From: Chloroflexota bacterium
GTDB taxonomy: Bacteria > Chloroflexota > Dehalococcoidia > SZUA-161
Length of the DNA stretch: 24,309 bases
NCBI GenBank assembly: GCA_003229915.1
Contig: QIGA01000267.1
Coordinates: 1-24,309, forward strand
Direction of reading: 5' to 3'
This document shows, in pieces, positions 1 through 8,027 of the stretch. Made by a program: the position numbers and the translations under genes. Under the pieces are notes generated by a model that ran no database searches, was not told the origin of the DNA, and saw nothing but the letters and a program-made list of their open reading frames with translations. How positions within the stretch are numbered: position 1 is the first letter of the stretch; each line of letters starts with the position of its first letter.

Positions 1-1518
1 ACTAAAAGAGAGGAGGTGGCACTCCTCCGGTAACATTTCTAAATGAGTGAGCAACCACCCTCCGGTAACATTCTTATGTGAGTTGACGCGGCCTGGTGGC
101 AGCTCGAATTCCAAACAGAGCACGCGTCTGGTTGATGGCGTGACCCTGGCGCGGTGGTCGATGCGCCAGCCCACTACCCAGAGGATGTGCTGCGGCGAGC
201 ATACTAGCGGCACGCAATCGCGCCAGTGGCGAGGAATCTTGGCATCGACCATGAAGTCCTGAAGCTTCTTTGGAGTTTCCATTCCCAGGGGCTGGAACCT
301 CTCGCCGCGCTTCCGTCCCCGAACGGTGAGTTCGTCTCCCACGGCATCGAAATCGAGATATGCCTTCAATCTCCCTTTGGCATTATCTATCGGGCGATGA
401 TCCATGATGCTGCTTCTCACCCGCCAGCCGCAAATATCAGTCTCACCGGGAACGTTGAGGCGGTGCTCTCCCTCCAGAGCAGGGAAGGGGCAGGTGATGC
501 CTCCCTCGGCTGTTATCAGGCCATAGTCGTATTCGCCGTGGAAGGTCAGCCTGCGGGGCAGGGACAGACTTTTTCCCACCGGCTTGGTCATGGCCTCAAC
601 AAGGCTCTCAACGTGAACTGACTCGATGCCCTGTGGGTCGCCGAGTAGGCGCCGGAGGACTGAGCGAACAAGATGCCGCTTCAGAGCAGGGTGGAGGTGG
701 GAGAACCTTGTCCGATCGATGGCAATCCCGTCGGGTCGCTCTATCGCCACCGAGCCCCATAGTCGGGACACTTCTTCGTCGATATAGGCCAGGTCGGCAT
801 CAGCAGCTCGGGCTGTGCGGAGGAGCGCCTTCTCGATATCAGCGTTATGTCCTCGTAGCATTGGGATGAGTTGAGAGCGGATCTGGTTGCGCAACTGGTT
901 GGGCAAGCGGTTCGAGGAATCGCTTCGGGGAGAAAGTTCCTGGGCGGAGCAATAGGCCTCAGTCTCCTCTCTCCTGATTTCGAGGAGAGGCCTTGCTATC
1001 CTCAGCTCTGTACCGTCTGGCGAACGCCGGATATTGAGCGGCTGCATGCCGCGAAGCCCGGCGAGTCCGGTTCCGCGTACCAGGTGCATCAAAATGGTCT
1101 CTATCTGGTCATCGGCGGTATGTCCCACCGCTACAGTATCCGTGCCGAGAGAGCGGGCGACATCGGCGAAGAATGCGTATCTCACCTCGCGGGCTGCCTC
1201 CTCTGGAGAGAGGCGGTGCTCTCTTTGGTAGGCTTTCACCTCACGCCTCTCGATTGTCGCTGGGATCCCCAGTTCACGTGCCACCAGGGAGACGTACTCG
1301 GCGTCTGAATCTGATTCAACACCTCGCAACAGGTGATTAAGATGGGCGATATGGAGCTTTATGCCCAAGGTGCGCCTGAGGCTAGCCACGACGTGGAGCA
1401 GGCACACTGAGTCGGGCCCCCCGGAGACTCCCACTACCAGGAGCTCATTCGCTCTGATCAGGTCATGCTCTCGGATGAACCGCAGAACCCTCCTCGGCAG
1501 CGGCTGCTGGCGACTCAT
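1..1518 (-). CDS. tilS: tRNA(Ile)-lysidine synthetase TilS; 3' end runs off the window, no in-frame stop seen
   Basis: Manual translation from ATG 1518 (ATGA overlap with upstream stop): MSRQQPLPRRVLRFIREHDLIRANELLVVGVSGGPDSVCLLH...IAHLNHLLRG...EAAREVRYAFF...VAVGHTADDQIETILMHLVRGTG...RPLL...RGRKRGERFQPLGM...KKLQDFMVDAKIPRHWRDCVPLV...ILWVVGWRID. Contains the PP-loop SGGPDS, the GHTADDQ motif and the TilS C-terminal domain. Not in the ORF track. Confidence 0.96.
   Translation of the reverse strand, partial: MSRQQPLPRRVLRFIREHDLIRANELLVVGVSGGPDSVCLLHVVASLRRTLGIKLHIAHLNHLLRGVESDSDAEYVSLVARELGIPATIERREVKAYQREHRLSPEEAAREVRYAFFADVARSLGTDTVAVGHTADDQIETILMHLVRGTGLAGLRGMQPLNIRRSPDGTELRIARPLLEIRREETEAYCSAQELSPRSDSSNRLPNQLRNQIRSQLIPMLRGHNADIEKALLRTARAADADLAYIDEEVSRLWGSVAIERPDGIAIDRTRFSHLHPALKRHLVRSVLRRLLGDPQGIESVHVESLVEAMTKPVGKSLSLPRRLTFHGEYDYGLITAEGGITCPFPALEGEHRLNVPGETDICGWRVRSSIMDHRPIDNAKGRLKAYLDFDAVGDELTVRGRKRGERFQPLGMETPKKLQDFMVDAKIPRHWRDCVPLVCSPQHILWVVGWRIDHRARVTPSTRRVLCLEFELPPGRVNSHKNVTGGWLLTHLEMLPEECHLLSFS
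2..27 (-). terminator. Possible weak intrinsic terminator hairpin
   Basis: Minus strand reads GAGGAG-tgccac-CTCCTC followed by TCTTTT (6-bp stem at 10-15/22-27). It lies inside the unterminated tilS frame. Confidence 0.3.
24..90. repeat. Degenerate direct repeat, two copies, 35-bp period
   Basis: cctccggtaacatt is identical at 24-37 and 59-72. It is followed by the similar tails tctaaatgagtga and cttatgtgagttga. Confidence 0.7.
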
Positions 1519-2159
1519 TGGCCCCCTTCTCTCAGGTGGCAGGTATCGTTCAGCGATACGAGCACCGTCCTCGATGGATTGAGGTCCAGGGTACACATCG
1601 AGGCCAAATCCAGCCTCATTCTTCTACATTCTGAGAGGTCCAGCCCGAGCGCCTTGCAAACAATGGAGAGTATAGGGAAGAAGTGAGTGACCGCGATCAC
1701 CACTCCTTTCCTTGCTGCCTTCCCCCTGGTTTCCTTCGGGCGTTGCCTCTCAATGATCTCCTCGATGGCTGCCCAGACCTGATCCTGGAGTTCAGGAAGC
1801 GTGCAACCCCCGGGAGGTCTTATTGAAGTGCAATCCCTTATCCATTTGTCCAGAAAATCACCGTATTGGGTTGCCATCTCCTGGTAAGTCAGGCCATCCA
1901 CCTCTCCAGCGTCGAGTTCCCTTAGGCCGAAGAGGGTTACTATCTCAACCGGGTGATGACGGCCTATGGCGTGGGCTGTATCCCGGGCTCTCTTCAAAGG
2001 ACTGGTGTAAATGGCCTCCACTCTCTGGTTCTTGAGTGCTTGAGCCAGGGCTTCCGCCTGTCTTCTGCCTGTTTCATTCAGTTCCAGGTCGCTAATCCCC
2101 TGTATTCGCCGCAGCCTATTCCAGTCGGTTTCCCCGTGCCTGACCAGGATGAGTCTCAT
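1515..2159 (-). CDS. Histidine phosphatase (phosphoglycerate mutase/CobC-like) family protein
   Basis: MRLILVRHGETDWN motif, IYTSPLKRA, LRELDAGEVDG and second His in VTH. Start placed at ATG 2159 (ATGA overlap with M48 stop) rather than the track's 2243. Confidence 0.92.
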   Translation of the reverse strand: MRLILVRHGETDWNRLRRIQGISDLELNETGRRQAEALAQALKNQRVEAIYTSPLKRARDTAHAIGRHHPVEIVTLFGLRELDAGEVDGLTYQEMATQYGDFLDKWIRDCTSIRPPGGCTLPELQDQVWAAIEEIIERQRPKETRGKAARKGVVIAVTHFFPILSIVCKALGLDLSECRRMRLDLASMCTLDLNPSRTVLVSLNDTCHLREGGQ

Positions 2160-3283
2160 CGGTGCTCCTCTCTTCGATAGCTTCGAGCCAGTTCCAGTCG
2201 CCTGTAATATGGTGGATGGTCGTAGAACATAATCTCCGCCCATCTGCCGGGTCGGGACTCAGCCAGGTTTTGATCGGTGAGCTTGGTGAGCATGGTGGCG
2301 AATGCCTCAGGGTTGTCGGTGGTGACGAGGGCGTAGTTGTCTGCGGCTGTCTCCAGCCGTCGGCTGTAGGCGTTATCCAGGGGGGCAAGGATGATGACCA
2401 AGGCAGCCAAAACCAGTGCCAGCAGAGGGAACGCTGCCACATCGGAGATGCCATTGAAATCCAATCTGGGCACTGCCCAATTGAGCGTCAGGTTTACGAA
2501 GTAGAATCCTAGAAGCATCAGCGCTGCCTGAGCCACGATAAGCCTGGCTATGTCTCTGTGGCGTTGATGGCCGAGTTCGTGAGCCATGATCACCTCGATC
2601 TCCTCCGGGGTGTAGTGCAAGAGCAGGGTGTCGCTGATGGCTATGCGTCTGGTGTTGCCCCAGCCCATCAGCATGGCATTGCCGGTTGAGGTTTTGCTGC
2701 TGAAACCTATCTGGAAAACATCCTTTACCCTGGTCTGGCAACGTTCTGCCAGGCTGAGCAGCCTCTGTTGTAGTTCGGCGTTATTGATCGGTTCCAGCTT
2801 GAAAAAAAGGGGCAGGATCAGTACCGGGGCCAGCTTGGTCATGACCACACTCAGCAATGCCACGAAGGCGAAAGCCAGCAGCCACCATGTCTGAGGGAAT
2901 GCCTCGAGAAACAAATAGATGACTACCACCAGGCTCGTGCCCAGAGCTAGCCCCAGCATCAGCTCCTTCGCCTGATCAGCCAACCATGATCTCCAGCTTT
3001 GGTGTGACAGGCCGTAACGATGGGGTAAGACGTAGCCGCGATAAACGCTGAACGGTGCTGAGATAATGCCGTAGCTCAGCATCAGGATCAGGAAGTAGAG
3101 GGCAACCCTCGCCTCCTGGGGGAATTCCAGGACATTTCTCAGCCCCGCTGAGAGCCCGCTGAGCAACACGGTGAGCAGGAAAACAGCTCCCAGTGCCAAT
3201 TCGAGCAAAAGGAGGCGCCTCGTCAGCTTGGTGTACTCTCGCGCCTGTTCCTGTCTGTGTGGGTTTAATGCTTGCTCTGGCAT
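2156..3283 (-). CDS. M48 family (Ste24/HtpX-like) membrane zinc metallopeptidase
   Basis: Several hydrophobic segments, AHELGH (HExxH), SRRLETAAD, YDHPP motif, NA-x-x-x-G-x-G-NTRRI segment. Confidence 0.92.
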   Translation of the reverse strand: MPEQALNPHRQEQAREYTKLTRRLLLLELALGAVFLLTVLLSGLSAGLRNVLEFPQEARVALYFLILMLSYGIISAPFSVYRGYVLPHRYGLSHQSWRSWLADQAKELMLGLALGTSLVVVIYLFLEAFPQTWWLLAFAFVALLSVVMTKLAPVLILPLFFKLEPINNAELQQRLLSLAERCQTRVKDVFQIGFSSKTSTGNAMLMGWGNTRRIAISDTLLLHYTPEEIEVIMAHELGHQRHRDIARLIVAQAALMLLGFYFVNLTLNWAVPRLDFNGISDVAAFPLLALVLAALVIILAPLDNAYSRRLETAADNYALVTTDNPEAFATMLTKLTDQNLAESRPGRWAEIMFYDHPPYYRRLELARSYRREEHR

Positions 3284-3293
3284 CTCAGTAGGT

Positions 3294-3962
3294 CTACCGA
3301 CTGGGGGCGTATTTACTCTGCTGGGACAGGATCAGTTCGGTGCGATGGATGGATTTGGGGGGGCTGGCAAAGCCTAGCGCTGAGGTCACCTGCTCTGGCC
3401 TGCCTGTACCTCTGCTGTCACAGCGCAATCGCATTCCCAGAGTACACTCATGGGAGTCACAGTCCAGCAGCCAGATGCTCTCAATCAGGCTGCGGAGATC
3501 GTACTTGCGAATCTCCTTATCACGGGCGTGCTGCCAGGGTAATACATCCTTTGCCAGCAAAGAGCGCAGTGAAGCCTCCGCTTCCTCTGGCCTTTTGTCG
3601 GTCTCTACGCAAACCTTGTATTCAGCGTAAAGCACCTGGGATTGGAGCGAGGGCAACCCTAGACCCATCTCCACCACTTCGGAGATATCCACGCCTGGAG
3701 GCAATTGTTTGTCTACAGTCATAAGAAAGAAGTGCGGCGAGACCCGACGTTCGAGGAAGACATCCATAAGCTCTCCGCTACTGGTCACTCCAATGGCTAA
3801 AGGTGCTGCGAGCGATAGCCTGGGATGGGGGCTGAATCCTTTGGAATACGCAAGTGGTATGTCAGCCCTACGCAGCGCTCGTTGCCAAAGGCGCATCATG
3901 TCCAGGTGTGAGATGTACTTTATCTCTTCGCCCTTACTGAAAGTCAGGCGCAAGCGCTGCAT
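3294..3962 (-). CDS. TIGR03936 radical-SAM-associated protein (DUF2344)
   Basis: RLRLTFSKGEEIKYISHLDMMRLWQRALRRADIPLAYSKGFSPHPRLSLAAPLAIG is the family N-terminal signature. SD GGAG upstream. Confidence 0.9.
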   Translation of the reverse strand: MQRLRLTFSKGEEIKYISHLDMMRLWQRALRRADIPLAYSKGFSPHPRLSLAAPLAIGVTSSGELMDVFLERRVSPHFFLMTVDKQLPPGVDISEVVEMGLGLPSLQSQVLYAEYKVCVETDKRPEEAEASLRSLLAKDVLPWQHARDKEIRKYDLRSLIESIWLLDCDSHECTLGMRLRCDSRGTGRPEQVTSALGFASPPKSIHRTELILSQQSKYAPSR

Positions 3963-3964
3963 CT

Positions 3965-5221
3965 CTACTCCTTTGTTACCAGGATTTTCTCGATCTTTAC
4001 TCCCCTCATTTCAGTTACCACCATCTTCAAGTCGTGGTGTTTCAGTTGCTCTCCCTCTTTGGGTATGTGGCCGAGCACGCTCAAGACAAAGCCGGCTACA
4101 GTTTCATACTCGCCTTCCGGCAAACCAAGCTCCAACTGCTCGTTGGCGTCATCGAGCCTCATCCCGCCATCGATCTGGAAGCTGTTCTCGCCGATGGTCT
4201 CGAAGCTTTTCCTTCCCTTGGCTAGCTCGTCTCCAAACTCCCCCACGATTTCCTCCAGCAATTGCTCCATAGTCACCAGGCCGGCAGTGCCGCCGAATTC
4301 ATCGACGACCATGGCTGTCTGCCCACGGGACTCCTGTAGCTCGGCGAACAGTTCAGCGATGAGTTTGCTTTCGGGCACGAAATACGCTGGCCGCGCCAGT
4401 TTGTCAATGGGGCTGTCTTGTTGGGTAGTCCCTTTCGCTTGGGCCATGAGCACGTCTTTAATCCACAGGATGCCAACCACGTTGTCAATGGTATCTTCGT
4501 AGACCGGGAAACGCGAATGGGGATACTCTGCGTAGATGTCGAAGAACTCGGAGAGCTTGGTTCCTTTCTCCATCCAGCGTATGTCCGGGCGGGGGGTCAT
4601 CACCTCGACAACTTGATGGTCGCCGAAGCGAAACACTCTCTCCAGCATCGCGGCCTCAGCTTCCACCAAAGTTCCCTCCTCCACCCCCACGGAGACGGCA
4701 GTGCGGATCTCGTCCTCGCTTACCAGTGTCTGCGGTTCCGGGTAGGCTCCTACCATCCGAGCCAGCTTGTCGGCTATCCAGACGAATATCGATGCTACGG
4801 GCAGTAGAACCCATATCAATATCCTCATCGGTGTGGCATAGAACAGGGCCATTCGCTCTCCATATCTGGTGGCTACGGTCTTGGGGAAGACCTCGCCGAA
4901 GATAAGCAGCAGTATGGTTACTCCTGCTGTAGCTACAAGTACCGCTTGTCCTTCAGCCAGCACCGACGCCACTATGACTGTAGCCAGGACGGCGGCAGCG
5001 GTGTTCACCAGGTTGTTGCCCAGGAGGATGGTAGCTAGCAACCGCTCGGGCTTCTCTGTCATCGCAGCTACCTGCTTGGCAGCGCCACCCTCGGTGTTCG
5101 CCAGATGCCTCAGCCGCAGCTTCTGCAGCGAGACAAACGCCACCTCCGAGCTGGAGAAAAAGCCGGAAAGTAGCAGGCACAGAAAAAACAGCACCAGGTA
5201 CACTACCTCAACATTGCCCAT
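3965..5221 (-). CDS. Hemolysin/CNNM family protein (DUF21 + CBS pair + CorC_HlyC), putative Mg2+/Co2+ transport
   Basis: LSGFFSSSEVAFVSL, LLGNNLVN, IFGEVFPKT, VMTPR, HSRFPVY, VVDEFGGTAGLVTMEQLLEEIVGE, ETVAGFVLSVLGHIP. Confidence 0.95.
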   Translation of the reverse strand: MGNVEVVYLVLFFLCLLLSGFFSSSEVAFVSLQKLRLRHLANTEGGAAKQVAAMTEKPERLLATILLGNNLVNTAAAVLATVIVASVLAEGQAVLVATAGVTILLLIFGEVFPKTVATRYGERMALFYATPMRILIWVLLPVASIFVWIADKLARMVGAYPEPQTLVSEDEIRTAVSVGVEEGTLVEAEAAMLERVFRFGDHQVVEVMTPRPDIRWMEKGTKLSEFFDIYAEYPHSRFPVYEDTIDNVVGILWIKDVLMAQAKGTTQQDSPIDKLARPAYFVPESKLIAELFAELQESRGQTAMVVDEFGGTAGLVTMEQLLEEIVGEFGDELAKGRKSFETIGENSFQIDGGMRLDDANEQLELGLPEGEYETVAGFVLSVLGHIPKEGEQLKHHDLKMVVTEMRGVKIEKILVTKE

Positions 5222-5240
5222 GGCATAACCCCCTTGCCCC

Positions 5241-6539
5241 TCAAGAATCGAGTCTTCGGGCTGTCAATTTCCCCCAGAAACCATCATTTGTAAGAGCGAC
5301 AAGATCGGTCGCTAGTAACTCGTTGGTTAACGGCTCATGGCTTGAGAGGAGTACCCTGAGGTAGTTGTCGGTGAGCCCAAACCACATCCCATCCTTTTGC
5401 CTCTCCCACAAAACATCCATGTTTTGGCCCAGAAAACGTTCTCGAAAGCGCTGGCTGCTCCTATCCGCCAAGTCAAGCATGAGATGGATGCGTCGCTTTT
5501 TCTCTCTGTCTTCGACACTATTTCCCAGCCGTGTTGCCCTGGTACCGGGTCGTGCTGAGTAGGGGAATATATGGAGGTTGGCGAATCCCATATGCTGGCA
5601 GAAGTGGTAGCTATCGCTGAATTCCCCGTCGCTCTCGCCGGGGAAACCGACCATGACGTCAGTGGTCAAGGCCAGGTTCGGTATAGCCTCTCGGGCCAGC
5701 GATACCGCCCGCTGGTAGTCGGCGGTGGAATAAGTGCGGCCCATTCGTCCAAGCACAGAGTCACTGCCGCTCTGTAGAGGAAGATGAATGTGCGGGCAGA
5801 GGCGACTGTCCTCCCAGAGTCGTAGGAGGTCGGGGGTAAGGGCAGAAGGCTCGAGCGATGAAAGCCGCAATCGTTGTATACCACATTCCGCGAGGATGCG
5901 AGCGATCAATCCATTGAGGCCCCCATCTTGCCCATAGCACCCGATTCTGGTACCGGTCAGGATCACCTCTTTATTACCCTCAGTCACCCTGGCCTTGACC
6001 TCGGCGACAATCTCTTCCTCTGGCCAGCTCCTCTCGGGGCCTCGCACTCGGGGTACGATGCAAAATGAGCAAGGTTGGCTGCAACCTTCCTGAATTCTAA
6101 CCAGGGCACGGGTGCGAAAGGGCGGTCTCTGTGGTCCACTACGATGCCTGCGGATTCTATGTCCGTTAGCTTTGTCGCCGACTATGTCTACAATCCTCTC
6201 CTTGTCGTGGCTGCCAACGATCAGTCCCACACCCTCGATGTTGCTGAGGTCCGCTTGCGCTCGCTCCGCATAGCAGCCAGTGGCCACGATCAGGGAACGA
6301 GGACTGCGTCGGTGTACCGTCCGCAGCAACTTGCGGCACTTGTGGTCGGCGATGTGGGTTACCGTGCATGTATTAAGCAGGTAGACATCAGCAGCATCGG
6401 TGGGAGCAACTACCTGGTAACCTGCGTCGAGGAACTTCCGAGCCAGTGAATCCGTCTCTGCCTGATTAAGCTTGCAGCCCACAGTCTGGAGAGCTATTGT
6501 CCTCAGACCAGACCACCCCTCCTCAACTGTCAACTTCAT
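5241..6539 (-). CDS. mtaB: tRNA methylthiotransferase MtaB (radical SAM)
   Basis: GCKLNQAE, NTCTVT, ATGCYA, CSQPCSFC (CxxxCxxC), IMVGFPGE-like DVMVGFPGES, HIFPYSARPGT. The track start (6611) lies upstream of the predicted promoter. ATG 6539 or a downstream CTG near 6506 is more plausible; the start is uncertain. Confidence 0.9.
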   Translation of the reverse strand: MKLTVEEGWSGLRTIALQTVGCKLNQAETDSLARKFLDAGYQVVAPTDAADVYLLNTCTVTHIADHKCRKLLRTVHRRSPRSLIVATGCYAERAQADLSNIEGVGLIVGSHDKERIVDIVGDKANGHRIRRHRSGPQRPPFRTRALVRIQEGCSQPCSFCIVPRVRGPERSWPEEEIVAEVKARVTEGNKEVILTGTRIGCYGQDGGLNGLIARILAECGIQRLRLSSLEPSALTPDLLRLWEDSRLCPHIHLPLQSGSDSVLGRMGRTYSTADYQRAVSLAREAIPNLALTTDVMVGFPGESDGEFSDSYHFCQHMGFANLHIFPYSARPGTRATRLGNSVEDREKKRRIHLMLDLADRSSQRFRERFLGQNMDVLWERQKDGMWFGLTDNYLRVLLSSHEPLTNELLATDLVALTNDGFWGKLTARRLDS

Positions 6540-6575
6540 TTCCTCCGGACAATGGCTAACGTAGGTCAGGTTAAG

Positions 6576-6605
6576 ATTATATGTTGCTCCATCCAGCCAA
6601 GTCAA
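6576..6605 (-). promoter_or_regulatory. sigma70-type promoter of the mtaB operon
   Basis: TTGACT (6605-6600) - 18 nt - TATAAT (6581-6576). Confidence 0.65.
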
Positions 6606-6690
6606 GCTCACTGCGAACCCTAATCCGTGAGTCCAGGTTCAAAAAGCCCACCTGCCAGGTGAATTCTCAAAGTTAACCGCAAGCTCATCG

Positions 6691-6727
6691 TAATTCCCCT
6701 CTCCTGGTGGGAGAGGATTAAGGAAAG
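6691..6727. repeat. Palindromic element, CCTCTCC-N5-GGAGAGG type
   Basis: taat..cctctcc tggtg ggagagg atta. Resembles the widespread 'ccctctccc...gggagaggg' intergenic hairpin repeats. Confidence 0.55.
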
Positions 6728-6745
6728 CTGTGGTACCACTAGGTC

Positions 6746-6774
6746 TTGGTTGGTGGGATTCGTTGGGATATAAT
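6746..6774 (+). promoter_or_regulatory. Probable promoter of the transglutaminase-like gene
   Basis: TTGGTT (6746-6751) - 17 nt - TATAAT (6769-6774). SD AAGGAGG at 6785-6791. Confidence 0.5.
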
Positions 6775-6797
6775 AGGTTCAAACAAGGAGGCATCCT

Positions 6798-7481
6798 ATG
6801 TCTGAAATGGAAAGGTATTTGAATTGCACAGAGATTATCGATTGTGATACAAAATCTGTTAAAGACAAGGCTCAAGAGTTAACCAAGGGGCGGCAAACCG
6901 ACAGGGAGAGGGCTGTAGCCCTTTACTATTTTGTAAGGGATGAGATAAGACACAACGCTTACGCCCCACTCTACGACCCTGGGCTCTACAAGGCAAGCGC
7001 AGTCCTCGAAGCAGGCAACGGTTTTTGTCAGCAGAAATCAGTCCTTCTCGTCGCATTAGCACGAGCCGTAGGAATCCCTGCCCGTCTTGGATTCGTTGAC
7101 GTGCATGACCATCTTCTGTCAGACAGCTTTCGGAGAATGATAGGCGGAGTCAACACGTTTCCGTTTCATGGATTTGCCGAGTTATATATTGATGGCAGGT
7201 GGATTCACGCAAGTCCAGCCTATGACTTGAAAACTTGCTGCAGGAAGCGGTTCGTCCCTGTAGACTTTGATGGTATAAACCATGCCAAAGACTCACCCTA
7301 CGACCAGGATGGCAAACCACATATCGAGCATCTCAAATACCACGGCCCCTACGAAGATTTTCCTTGGGACGAGATATCAAACTACTATAAAGAGTGGGCA
7401 GCACTGTTGGGAATAGACTGGGATAAGCTAAAGAACGCGGGGGAACAAGTGCGGCAAAGTAAGTCATGGGGCCAAACGTAG
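6798..7481 (+). CDS. Transglutaminase-like (Cys-His) superfamily protein
   Basis: A..LYYFVRDEI, GNGFCQQKSVLLVALARAVGIPARLG, FHGFAELYIDGRW. Strong SD. Confidence 0.88.
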   Translation: MSEMERYLNCTEIIDCDTKSVKDKAQELTKGRQTDRERAVALYYFVRDEIRHNAYAPLYDPGLYKASAVLEAGNGFCQQKSVLLVALARAVGIPARLGFVDVHDHLLSDSFRRMIGGVNTFPFHGFAELYIDGRWIHASPAYDLKTCCRKRFVPVDFDGINHAKDSPYDQDGKPHIEHLKYHGPYEDFPWDEISNYYKEWAALLGIDWDKLKNAGEQVRQSKSWGQT

Positions 7482-7563
7482 TGATCCCAAGGCGATGGAG
7501 CCTTGTGCCAGAGCACGGTGCCCCGGAAAGTATTGGCCCCCTTCCTAAATGTAAGGGTTTGTA

Positions 7564-7869
7564 TTAGGCCTTTTTGCCCTCGATAACGTCCTTGGGCTTG
7601 ATCTTGATCTGTTTGGGCTTGGTCTCCCCCTTTATAGTCAGCGTATCGCCTGTTATGGTGACCTCCACCTCTTCGGGCTTAGCGCCGGGCACACTCGCCT
7701 TGACTACGACGTTGTCATCGGTTTGATACATGTCTATGGGCAAGTCTGATCCCTCGCCGAACACGGCCGTCAGCCGTGATGGCCTGACGAAGCTGTCTTC
7801 GAACAAGCGATCCATCGCCTGCCTCAGAGTGACCATATCAGAGAAGGGTTGCCACCTAATTATGTTCAT
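7564..7869 (-). pseudogene. Hsp20/alpha-crystallin small heat shock protein with in-frame internal deletion (101 aa); pseudogene or truncated variant
   Basis: MNIIRWQPF..LRQAMDRLFEDSFV..LPIDMYQTDDNVVVKASVPGAKPEEVEVTITGDTLTIKGETK joins directly to the C-terminal PKQIKIK tail. The usual G-x-F-x-R-x-x-x-L-P and NGVLT segments are absent. SD AGGAGGTG. Confidence 0.8.
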
Positions 7870-7914
7870 CGTGCCACCTCCTTTCCTCATCGATGGCAGT
7901 CTTTTTCTGCTGTC

Positions 7915-7944
7915 AATATACCATATATTACACCATGTTATCAA
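7915..7944 (-). promoter_or_regulatory. Probable hsp20 promoter
   Basis: TTGATA (7944-7939) - 18 nt - TATATT (7920-7915), preceded by TG (extended -10). Confidence 0.5.
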
Positions 7945-8027
7945 GATAATTGTAATAAATAGTTCACAAAATGTTATAATAAGATTATAAGTAATCTAGC
8001 TGGATTATGGCATGCGATAGCATTATA

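Noticed and set aside
24-90. Possible CRISPR array remnant
   Set aside because: Only two copies with a 14-bp identical core and a 35-bp period, too short for repeat plus spacer, and no cas genes.
47-1308. Plus-strand ORFs of 65-145 aa in the first 1.3 kb
   Set aside because: They are shadows of tilS on the minus strand, which explains the whole region.
6724-6742. T-box-like string AAAGCTGTGGTACCAC
   Set aside because: No specifier stem or terminator/antiterminator, it lies upstream of the promoter, and the downstream gene is not amino-acid related.
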